A stretch of 64,000 bases of DNA from Balneolaceae bacterium (GTDB taxonomy: Bacteria > Bacteroidota > Rhodothermia > Balneolales > Balneolaceae), in NCBI GenBank assembly GCA_007123715.1, contig SKKO01000006.1, positions 1,123 to 65,122 of the forward strand. The letters run 5' to 3'. Below, piece by piece: positions 18,507 through 27,191 of this stretch. The translations under genes were made by a program, and so were the position numbers. The number at the start of each line of letters is the position of its first letter. The first letter of the stretch is position 1. Under the pieces are notes generated by a model that saw only the letters and a list, made by a program, of their open reading frames with translations, ran no database searches and was not told the DNA's origin.

Positions 18507-20186
18507 TTGGAAATCTATACATTCATTGTTAACGGCCTTGTATTTCTGATGATTGCTGTCTTCATCAGGCATTCGCTTTATCGTCTCAGGTTTTTCCTTC
18601 AGATGTTTCAGCAGGTGGGTTACAAAAAAAATGAAATGCGCCACTGGCTCTCGGCGAATCTTTTCTCAAAGGTTTTAACATCAGAACATCTGCTATATAA
18701 CCTTTTGATTCTAATGATGCTCTATTTCCTTGCAGAGCGGATAACCCTTACATCCGGTGCGATTGTCATTAGCATATTTACCATTTTTTGGTTTACCGGC
18801 ACATCCCGGTACACACAGGAAAAAGAGAAAAAACCACTGGTGTACACCCCCCGAATGAAACGCCTTGGAGGATTTATTCTTTTCTTTTTGATTGCAGCCT
18901 GGTATATCCTTCTCGATCTTGGAACCATTACCATCACCATGCGTGATTTTGCGGCGCCCTTTCTCAATACCGATCCCTATCTGCTTAGTTTCGGACTTGT
19001 TGTGATAGACATGATTGTACCGGTATCGGTGCTCATTGCAGCGTGGATTGTGCAGCCGGTTGAAAATGCAATCCAGAATCGTTTTAAAAAACAGGCGCGA
19101 AATAAACTGGCTTCCATGCCTGATCTTGTCATTGTGGCTATAACCGGAAGTTATGGTAAAACCAGCACCAAGTTTGCGATAGATGCTTTTCTTAAAGAAC
19201 GTATGAATGTGTGTGTTACCCCCGGCAGTTTCAATACCCCCATGGGCATTTGCAAGGTGATCAATAATAACCTCGAGGCATCTCACAATGTGCTTATACT
19301 TGAAATGGGTGCCCGTTATGAAGGCAATATCAAAGAACTTTGTGAAATTGCACGCCCCGATGTGGCGGTTATCACGAATGTGGGACTGTCTCATCTCGAA
19401 ACATTCGGTTCAAGAGAGGCCATAGCCCGGGAGAAATCCACACTTGCGCGTGAACTGAGATACCGTGGCACACTTGTTTTAAATGGGGATGACCCACAGG
19501 TAAAAGCCATGGCAAATCTCCGAAATGATGCATCCATTATCATGACCGGAATGGATGGCACCATTAGGGCCATGAATCTTGAAACCGGGGCTGAGGGAAC
19601 CACTTTTTTAATGCAGTGGCTCAGTGAAGACGGTATCGTCCGGGAACAGGAACAGATCCGCACAAGCCTGCTTGGTTCACATAATATCCAGAATCTTCTT
19701 TTGGGTGCGGCCGTTGCAAGGCATTTCAACATCCGGCTGCAAACTGTTGCCCTGGCAGCATCAACTTTGAAACCGGTGGAGCACCGTCTTGAACTGAAAC
19801 AACGCAATGGCCTCTTAATCATTGATGATGCCTTTAATTCAAATCCTGTTGGAGCTAAAAATGCGGTTGATGTGCTTTCATCTTTCTCCGGTGGAAAAAA
19901 GATTATCATTACCCCTGGCATGATTGAACTTGGTGAAGTTGAAGAAGAGGAAAATTTTCGTTTTGGCCGGCATATCGGGCATTCGGAAATCGATTTGGTT
20001 GTTCTTGTCGGGGAAGAAAGAACACGCCCCATTTTTAAAGGAATACGCTCTGCGGAGAACAAAAAAGGTATCGACGTAAGAGTGGTCCGTTCACTGTTTG
20101 AGGCAAATGAACTGCTTGCGGAATACGCCGGGCAGGGTGATGTAGTGCTTTATGAAAATGACCTTCCGGATACCTATAACAATTGA
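18507..20186 (+). CDS. Mur ligase (MurF-like) with N-terminal multi-pass membrane domain
   Basis: AITGSYGKTSTK, SFNTPMG, EMGA, ITNVGLSHLETF, HRLE, IDDAFNSNPVG, ITPGMIELG; ~180 hydrophobic N-terminal residues. TTG start. Confidence 0.85.
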   Translation: MEIYTFIVNGLVFLMIAVFIRHSLYRLRFFLQMFQQVGYKKNEMRHWLSANLFSKVLTSEHLLYNLLILMMLYFLAERITLTSGAIVISIFTIFWFTGTSRYTQEKEKKPLVYTPRMKRLGGFILFFLIAAWYILLDLGTITITMRDFAAPFLNTDPYLLSFGLVVIDMIVPVSVLIAAWIVQPVENAIQNRFKKQARNKLASMPDLVIVAITGSYGKTSTKFAIDAFLKERMNVCVTPGSFNTPMGICKVINNNLEASHNVLILEMGARYEGNIKELCEIARPDVAVITNVGLSHLETFGSREAIAREKSTLARELRYRGTLVLNGDDPQVKAMANLRNDASIIMTGMDGTIRAMNLETGAEGTTFLMQWLSEDGIVREQEQIRTSLLGSHNIQNLLLGAAVARHFNIRLQTVALAASTLKPVEHRLELKQRNGLLIIDDAFNSNPVGAKNAVDVLSSFSGGKKIIITPGMIELGEVEEEENFRFGRHIGHSEIDLVVLVGEERTRPIFKGIRSAENKKGIDVRVVRSLFEANELLAEYAGQGDVVLYENDLPDTYNN

Positions 20187-20208
20187 TTGCAAAGAACTAC
20201 CTGCCATT

Positions 20209-21306
20209 TCATTGATGACGGAATGGAAGCTCGAGCTGTTCACCTATAATCCCTCCCTCGGCCAGATTGAGAGTTGAAACGGAAATGCCCAGCAATCTCA
20301 CCTCTCTGGCTCCGGCTTCCGTTTCAAGCAACAACCTCTTCGATACATCTGCCAGATCCTCAGCCTTATTGGTGTAATAGCCAATTGTATGGCTCCGTGT
20401 AACCGTTTCAAAATTTTTATATCTAACCTTGAGAGTAATGGTTTTACCGGCCGCATTCATACCCTTCATCGTAACGGCAATCTTTTCAGAAAGCTGCTCC
20501 AAAAAAACTCTGATCCAGTCAAGATCATCCACATCATCAGCAAATGTGCGTTCTTTTCCGATCGACTTTCTAATACGGTTTGGCTTCACCCGGCGAGTAT
20601 CATTGCCCCTCACAATTCTGTAATAATGATGGCCTGATTTTCCAAACTGCTTTACCAAATCAACTTCATCCCAACTTTTAAGATCCTCACCGTTTTTTAT
20701 TCCAAGTAATTCCATTTTTACCTGCGTTGCTTTACCAACCCCAAAGAATCTGCCAATTGGAAGCTTTTCAATAAATGCCTCCGCTTCCTCCGGCGTAATA
20801 ACACTGAGTCCGTCAGGTTTATCAAGGTCGGAGGCAATTTTAGCGAGAAATTTATTCGATGAAACCCCGGCAGAGGCTGTAAGTGCAGTTTCTTCTTTGA
20901 TCCGTTTTTTAATTTTTATCGCTATAAGAGTGGCCGAAGGGAGATTGATGTGGTTTTCCGTGACATCGAGATAGGCCTCATCAAGTGACAGTGGCTCTAC
21001 AAGGTCGGTGTATTCAAAAAAAATATCGCGTATTTGTCGGGATACTTCGCGATAAACATCAAAACGGGGTTTTAAAATTATGGCATGCGGACACAATTTT
21101 ATAGCCCTTGAGGCTGGCATCGCCGAATGGATTCCATATTTACGCGCTTCATAGCTTGCGGCAGCTACAACTCCGCGGCCCTGAGGCGATCCGCCAACAA
21201 CAACAGGCTTGCCTTTATACTCCGGAAAATCGCGCTGCTCAACCGATGCATAAAACGCATCCATATCCACATGGATAATTTTCCGCTGAATATCTTTCGG
21301 TTTCAT
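20209..21306 (-). CDS. dinB: DNA polymerase IV
   Basis: IIHVDMDAFYASVEQRD, ASYEAR, SLDEAYLD, KFLAKIASD, RKSIGKERTF. Confidence 0.96.
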   Translation of the reverse strand: MKPKDIQRKIIHVDMDAFYASVEQRDFPEYKGKPVVVGGSPQGRGVVAAASYEARKYGIHSAMPASRAIKLCPHAIILKPRFDVYREVSRQIRDIFFEYTDLVEPLSLDEAYLDVTENHINLPSATLIAIKIKKRIKEETALTASAGVSSNKFLAKIASDLDKPDGLSVITPEEAEAFIEKLPIGRFFGVGKATQVKMELLGIKNGEDLKSWDEVDLVKQFGKSGHHYYRIVRGNDTRRVKPNRIRKSIGKERTFADDVDDLDWIRVFLEQLSEKIAVTMKGMNAAGKTITLKVRYKNFETVTRSHTIGYYTNKAEDLADVSKRLLLETEAGAREVRLLGISVSTLNLAEGGIIGEQLELPFRHQ

Positions 21307-21395
21307 ACTAAATAATCGCCTTTTACACGATGAAAAAAAGGTAAAATTTGTATATTTGGAACCAAACAGAAGAAAATCAATTTTAAAGGTTATTC

Positions 21396-21671
21396 ATGGA
21401 AGAATTAAATATTGTTACTGTTTACTGGCTTGTTTCAATCGGCCTGTTTGTAGGATTTATCATCGATTTGGTGATGATAAAACGGGGAATAGGAATGATA
21501 CCAAACCTGATAGGCGGAGCTGCAGGTTCTGTAATCATTGGTGTTTTCGCCATTATGCTCGGTTTATTCGCTCCGTTGATTTATGCTGCAATCGGATCTG
21601 TTGCTTTCCTGTTTCTCATTAACGTGTTCAGCTTCCATGTTTCCGATGAAGCAGACGCCAAAGCAACTTAA
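21396..21671 (+). CDS. GlsB/YeaQ/YmgE-like small membrane protein
   Basis: Three hydrophobic segments; IGLFVGFI...NLIGGAAGSVIIG pattern. Confidence 0.7.
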   Translation: MEELNIVTVYWLVSIGLFVGFIIDLVMIKRGIGMIPNLIGGAAGSVIIGVFAIMLGLFAPLIYAAIGSVAFLFLINVFSFHVSDEADAKAT

Positions 21672-21699
21672 ATAAACCCCTTCAAAAACGATCCTTTAT

Positions 21700-22221
21700 T
21701 TGAACCTGCCGGAGGTTAGCGGATACATTTTATGGTTGTTGCCGGATGATTTATCATCCCGATTTTACCGATGCGAAATCGAACGAATTGCATCGATGAA
21801 CAATTCTGTCCCATTCGAACCGCATATCACCATTTCACGGGTGCCGGAAGCTGACCCTCAGGAATTGATCAAGAACCTGCAGGCGTTAACTAAAAATATC
21901 AGTAAATTTAAGATCGAATTTTCTGAACCTGTTTATGGCGATCACGCCTATCAAAAAATTACACTGCCTGTGATACCCTCAACAGAATTCATTAATACGT
22001 GCAATCTGATTGATTCCATTTTTGGCAGTGATATTAGCAAGAGATCTTTCCCGCACCTTTCTCTGTTTTATGGAAATCATACAAAAGTAATGCTCCGGAA
22101 TGAATTACAAGCACTCAAAAAAAAGACATTTCCACCTGTAACTATCAACTATCTGGCACTCTTCAAACTTGAAGGGCCTCCAAGTGAGTGGAAAATGGAA
22201 TTCAGATTTGAATTATGCTGA
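21700..22221 (+). CDS. 2H phosphoesterase, cyclic phosphodiesterase (CPDase)-like
   Basis: Two HxS/T motifs (FEPHITI, FPHLSLFY) and N-terminal YILWLLP. TTG start. Confidence 0.75.
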   Translation: MNLPEVSGYILWLLPDDLSSRFYRCEIERIASMNNSVPFEPHITISRVPEADPQELIKNLQALTKNISKFKIEFSEPVYGDHAYQKITLPVIPSTEFINTCNLIDSIFGSDISKRSFPHLSLFYGNHTKVMLRNELQALKKKTFPPVTINYLALFKLEGPPSEWKMEFRFELC

Positions 22222-22333
22222 AATAATCATCACACTTTAAATCGTATTTCCCTTATATGCTTTAATTATTTTTTATTCTGCAACATATTCCCGACAATTC
22301 CATTATAAATGGAAATCAATAGATGAGGTCAGG

Positions 22334-23737
22334 ATGAGTAACTACAAATTTTATGATCAGGTTAACAAGGCATTTGACAAGGCAGCAAAATATACCCGTT
22401 TCGACCAGGGGCTGCTCGCACAAATTAAAGCCTGTAATGCAGTCTTGAGAATTGCATTTCCGCTGGAAAAAGATGACGGATCCATAGAGGTCATTCATGG
22501 ATGGCGGGTTCAGCATAGCCACCATAAACTCCCGACAAAAGGCGGTATTCGTTACAGCCTTACGGTTAATGAAGATGAAACTATGGCTCTTGCAGCTCTC
22601 ATGACCTATAAATGTGCAGTTGTTGATGTTCCGTTCGGAGGGGCTAAAGGAGGGATAAGGATAAATAAATCTGACTATTCGGATGCCGAACTGGAGAGGA
22701 TAACCCGCCGATTCACATTCGAACTATACAAGAAAAGTTTTATAGGCCCTGGAATAGATGTTCCCGCCCCGGATTATGGCACAAGTGCCCGTGAAATGGG
22801 TTGGATTCTTGATACTTACCGCCAGTTCAGCTCAGAGCTGAATGCCGAAGGGTGTGTTACCGGCAAGCCGCTAAACCAGGGTGGTATTCGCGGACGGACC
22901 GAAGCGACCGGACGGGGTGTTTTCTTTGGTATTGAGGAAGCTGTTTCTAATAAGGACGATATGAAAATACTTGGCCTTGAAGAAGGTATTGAAGGAAAAA
23001 CGTTTGTGGTTCAGGGCCTGGGTAATGTGGGATATCATGCCGCAAAATACTTTATTGATGCTGGCGCGATAATGGTTGGAGTGGCCGAAATAGATGGTTC
23101 CATTTACAACAAAAAGGGCATTGACCTGGCTAAACTGCTGGAATACAAAATGGAAAGTAAAGGAATCATTGGATTTCCCGGCACAAAAACTTTAAAGAAC
23201 AACAGTGCCGTTCTGGAAGCAGAATGTGATATTCTTGTTCCTGCCGCACTCGAAAACCAGCTCACCACAAAAAATGCCACAAAAATTAAAGCTAAAATTA
23301 TTGCGGAAGCTGCTAACGGGCCTACATCAACTGAAGCTCATGATATCATTAAAAATAGAGGTGCGCTTATTATTCCCGACAATTATCTGAATGCAGGTGG
23401 TGTTACGGTATCATACTTTGAATGGCTGAAAAATATACAGCATGTAAGGTTCGGGCGTATGGGCAAGCGTTTTGAAGAAGAAAGTTATAAAAAGATCCTC
23501 CGTGTTATCGAAACTATTTCTGACCGGAAATTTACTGAAAAAGAAATCGGCATTTTAGCTAAAGGGGCCGGAGAAGCCGAACTGGTGGATTCAGGACTTA
23601 AGGATACAATGATAAATAGTTATAATCAGATCAACGAATTGCGGAAAAAACACGATGTTGATTTAAGAACAGCTGCATTTATTAGTGCCATCAATAAACT
23701 TGGTGTCATTTACGAACAGATGGGAATTTTTCCCTAA
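22334..23737 (+). CDS. gdhA: Glutamate dehydrogenase (Glu/Leu/Phe/Val dehydrogenase family)
   Basis: KGGIRY, MTYKCA, PFGGAKGG, DVPAPD, GRTEATGRG, QGLGNVG, EAANGP, NAGGVTVSYFEWLKN. Confidence 0.95.
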   Translation: MSNYKFYDQVNKAFDKAAKYTRFDQGLLAQIKACNAVLRIAFPLEKDDGSIEVIHGWRVQHSHHKLPTKGGIRYSLTVNEDETMALAALMTYKCAVVDVPFGGAKGGIRINKSDYSDAELERITRRFTFELYKKSFIGPGIDVPAPDYGTSAREMGWILDTYRQFSSELNAEGCVTGKPLNQGGIRGRTEATGRGVFFGIEEAVSNKDDMKILGLEEGIEGKTFVVQGLGNVGYHAAKYFIDAGAIMVGVAEIDGSIYNKKGIDLAKLLEYKMESKGIIGFPGTKTLKNNSAVLEAECDILVPAALENQLTTKNATKIKAKIIAEAANGPTSTEAHDIIKNRGALIIPDNYLNAGGVTVSYFEWLKNIQHVRFGRMGKRFEEESYKKILRVIETISDRKFTEKEIGILAKGAGEAELVDSGLKDTMINSYNQINELRKKHDVDLRTAAFISAINKLGVIYEQMGIFP

Positions 23738-23746
23738 AAATAAGAA

Positions 23747-23779
23747 CCCCGTACCGGTTCAGGATACGGGGCCATTTTT
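23747..23779 (+). terminator. Intrinsic terminator after gdh
   Basis: CCCCGTA / TACGGGG stem followed by CCATTTTT. Confidence 0.6.
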
Positions 23780-23906
23780 ATATTTCTTTTAACCAAAACA
23801 TCTTATACCATATGTTACGAATCGTTTTAAACTTAGTTTCGTAATTTGGGTAAATAAATTGTTAACCTTCTGTTAATCCCTCCAATTTAAATGGATCAAC
23901 TGACAG

Positions 23907-25124
23907 TTGCCTGTACTTAAAAACATATCCAGATTGTATACATGCAGGGATGAAGGTTTGCAGAAAGAAGTTTTTCCCGTTGAAAATGCAACCCTGGCCT
24001 GGATTGGCGACACCATCGTATGGAGCGGAAAAGAGCGTGATTTGCCGGCAGAATATTTGAATGAATCGAGCATGGATGCGGAGGGGGGAGTTGTGGTTCC
24101 GGGGTTTATTGATTGCCATACCCACCTCGCTTTTGGGGGGTGGAGAGCTGATGAATTTGAAATGAGGCTGAAAGGAAAAAGCTACCTCGAAATTGCCAAA
24201 GAGGGAGGTGGGATTTTGTCAACCGTGAAAGCAACCAGACAAGCAACAGAGGAGGAGCTATTTGCTAAATGCCTTCGTTTTCTTGAAAAAATAAAACAAT
24301 CTGGTGTCACTTCTATAGAGTGCAAGAGCGGATATGGCCTCACCGTTAATGATGAGCTAAAAACGCTGCGTGTATATAAGCGTCTTAAAGAAGTTTCTGA
24401 ATACAACATTAAAACCACTTTTTTGGGAGCACATTCATTCCCACCCGAGTACAGGGGCAAACACAGAGCCTATATTGACCTCATTATCAATGAAATGCTT
24501 CCGAAAGTAGCGAAAGAAAACCTTGCCGATTTTTGCGATGTATTTGTTGAAGAGTCTGCGTTCAACCTCAGCGAAGCGCGCGAAATTCTGGAGGCCGGTA
24601 AAACATTTGGGTTGATACCCAAGTTACATGCAGACCAGCTTTCAACCGGCGGGGGTGCGGAGCTGGCTGCAGAAGTTGGAGCCATAAGCGCTGATCACCT
24701 TGAACACGTTTCAGATGCCGGTATCCGGAAAATGGCTGAGGCTGGTGTTGTTGCCGTAAATCTTCCCCTTGCTTCTCTTTACACACAACAGCCCTTCCTC
24801 AACTGCCGGCCACTCATTGATGCAGGTATTCCTGTGGCCATTGCTACTGATTTTAATCCCGGATCTGCACCAAGCTATGATATCCATCTTGCCATGTTAT
24901 TAAGCTGTATGCATGGCCGTCTTACTCCGGATGAATGCCTTAAAGCCGTTACCATAAATGCTGCAAAAGCTATTGGCATAGATAAAGATCACGGTTCTTT
25001 GGAGTCCGGGAAAAAAGCTGATTTTTTAGTACTCCATATTCCTGATTTCAATTTTTGGATTTACCATTATAATGGTTCCAAAATCACGGCCATTGTTTTA
25101 AAAGGCAAACGAATTCACCCATAA
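23907..25124 (+). CDS. hutI: Imidazolonepropionase
   Basis: PGFIDCHTHL, YLEIAKEGGGILSTV, ECKSGYGL, FLGAH, KLHADQL, SADHLE, ATDFNPGS. TTG start is uncertain. Confidence 0.95.
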   Translation: MPVLKNISRLYTCRDEGLQKEVFPVENATLAWIGDTIVWSGKERDLPAEYLNESSMDAEGGVVVPGFIDCHTHLAFGGWRADEFEMRLKGKSYLEIAKEGGGILSTVKATRQATEEELFAKCLRFLEKIKQSGVTSIECKSGYGLTVNDELKTLRVYKRLKEVSEYNIKTTFLGAHSFPPEYRGKHRAYIDLIINEMLPKVAKENLADFCDVFVEESAFNLSEAREILEAGKTFGLIPKLHADQLSTGGGAELAAEVGAISADHLEHVSDAGIRKMAEAGVVAVNLPLASLYTQQPFLNCRPLIDAGIPVAIATDFNPGSAPSYDIHLAMLLSCMHGRLTPDECLKAVTINAAKAIGIDKDHGSLESGKKADFLVLHIPDFNFWIYHYNGSKITAIVLKGKRIHP

Positions 25125-25204
25125 TTCATGAATTATTCTCACATTTTTACTTTCTTAATTCATGGCTGAACATCATATTCCCCCGATTATTAAATTAATA
25201 AATT

Positions 25205-26302
25205 TTGTTTGATACGTTTATCTGGTTTGCTGTAGGTCTTATTGCGTTAATTGGAGGGGCTGAATTGTTGGTACGTTCAGTATCCAAACTGGCTGTTACC
25301 CTTGGCATCTCCAAATTAATCATCGGCCTCACGGTAGTGGCTTTCGGTACAAGTGCACCTGAACTTGCAGTGAGCATCCGTGCAGGTATTGACGGAAATA
25401 CCGACCTGATGCTTGGCAATATCGTTGGTAGCAATATCACCAATACCCTCCTTATATTAGGTTTGGCCGCACTTATCATTCCACTTAAAGTTCATGTTAA
25501 ACTGATCAGATGGGATGTGCCGATCATGATATTCGTTACCATACTTGTCTATATTCTCGCCCTGAATGGTTCCATTTCATTTTTCGAATGTCTCCTTTTA
25601 ACCTGTATCCTGATTGCATACCTGATTTTTCTGATTCGGCAGGGTGGTGATACTGATTTTAAAATAAAGGCAAAAGAAAAAAGAAGCCCTGTTAAAATTT
25701 TTGCTAACTCTGTCATGAGTATTTCAGGTTTCTTCATCCTGGTTACCGGCGCGGGTTGGCTGATCAACAGTTCACTGATATTCGCGGAAATGGCCGGGGT
25801 GAGTGAATTAACCATTGGCCTCACCGTTGTGGCAATTGGTACGTCATTACCGGAAATTGTTGTGGTATTGATTGCAGCTATAAGGGGAGAAAAAGATTTA
25901 GCCGTTGGCAGTATTATCGGGAGCAATATTTTAAATTTTCTTGCAGTACTCGGCGTATCCGGTTTATTCATACCCGGAGCTATACCTGTTCAGGAAGCAC
26001 TTATCAGATTTGATCTTATCATATTATTGGTTGCATCCATTTTCTGTATCCCCATTTTTTATACGGGGCATAAGATTGTACGCTGGGAAGGCATTCTTTT
26101 TTTGTGCTTGTATTTCAGTTATCTTTTTTATCTGTTCCTCTCATCCAATGACCATGGTTTTGTTTCAGTATTTACTTCTATCATGCTCTATTTCGTACTG
26201 CCGGTAACCCTTATCACACTACTGGTGATAGCGCTTATGGAATGGAAAAAAAGATTCAGGTTCAGAAATTTTAAATTCACAAACAAAACGAAACCCAAAT
26301 GA
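25205..26302 (+). CDS. Calcium/sodium antiporter (CaCA, YrbG-like)
   Basis: Alpha-1 and alpha-2 repeats GLTVVAFGTSAPE and GLTVVAIGTSLPE, GNIVGSNI, GSIIGSNI. Confidence 0.92.
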   Translation: MFDTFIWFAVGLIALIGGAELLVRSVSKLAVTLGISKLIIGLTVVAFGTSAPELAVSIRAGIDGNTDLMLGNIVGSNITNTLLILGLAALIIPLKVHVKLIRWDVPIMIFVTILVYILALNGSISFFECLLLTCILIAYLIFLIRQGGDTDFKIKAKEKRSPVKIFANSVMSISGFFILVTGAGWLINSSLIFAEMAGVSELTIGLTVVAIGTSLPEIVVVLIAAIRGEKDLAVGSIIGSNILNFLAVLGVSGLFIPGAIPVQEALIRFDLIILLVASIFCIPIFYTGHKIVRWEGILFLCLYFSYLFYLFLSSNDHGFVSVFTSIMLYFVLPVTLITLLVIALMEWKKRFRFRNFKFTNKTKPK

Positions 26303-27186
26303 GTACAGATCCCCGGCTAAGAGATTTTATCAATAGGAAATCATCTGAACATTCAAGAGTTCATCTGCTTCAGTTTCCATCAGACCAGGGAATCTTAACC
26401 AACAATGGAAGGCCGGGGGCAGCCCAGGCCCCGGATTTGATTAGGGCTCGTTTATTTAATCTCACTCCGCATCCCGCATATTATCAAAAACATACCGATT
26501 TACTCGAAAAAGTATATGATGCCGGTATCATTCCTTGCAGTGAAAATGTTGAAACAGATCAGCAACTTCTCGGAAAAGCAGTTGCGAAAGTTCTGGGCAA
26601 AGGCAGAATACCTGTGATATTAGGTGGCGGCCACGAAACCTCATTTGGACATTTTTTAGGTTATGTTACTAACAAGCGTCCCATTACGATTATCAATATC
26701 GATGCCCACACAGATGTGAGGTCGTTTAAGGATGGTAAACCTCATTCCGGCAGCCCGTTCAGACAGGCTCTTGAACACGAATCTGCACTCTGTAAAGCCT
26801 ATCACGTATTTGGGCTTAATCCATCCACAGTATCATTCGCACATTATCATTTCGTTAAAAAAACCGGGACAGCTCTCTTTGAGAGAGAAATATCAAAAGA
26901 AATCATTCTGAATCACATCGGGGATGCAGAAGGAGATTTGATGATTACGATGGATATTGATGCAGTAAATCAGGGAGAGGCTCCCGGGGTAAGTGCCCCA
27001 AATCCAACTGGGATCAGAAAAGAACTGTGGCTGCAACTCGCTTACGAATTTGGCAGAAATGAAAAAGTTACCTCTTTTGACCTTTGCGAAGTGAATCCGG
27101 TCTATGACCAGGACCTGAAGACAGTGAGGCTGGCCGCTCTCACTGTCTGGTATTTTCTTTTAGGTTTATCGATGAGGTTCAGGTAA
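26299..27186 (+). CDS. hutG: Formimidoylglutamase (arginase family)
   Basis: GRPGAAQAP, LGGGHETSFG, NIDAHTDVR, PHSGSPF, DIDAV, APGVSAP, FDLCEVNP. Confidence 0.88.
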   Translation: MSTDPRLRDFINRKSSEHSRVHLLQFPSDQGILTNNGRPGAAQAPDLIRARLFNLTPHPAYYQKHTDLLEKVYDAGIIPCSENVETDQQLLGKAVAKVLGKGRIPVILGGGHETSFGHFLGYVTNKRPITIINIDAHTDVRSFKDGKPHSGSPFRQALEHESALCKAYHVFGLNPSTVSFAHYHFVKKTGTALFEREISKEIILNHIGDAEGDLMITMDIDAVNQGEAPGVSAPNPTGIRKELWLQLAYEFGRNEKVTSFDLCEVNPVYDQDLKTVRLAALTVWYFLLGLSMRFR

Positions 27187-27191
27187 AAGTA

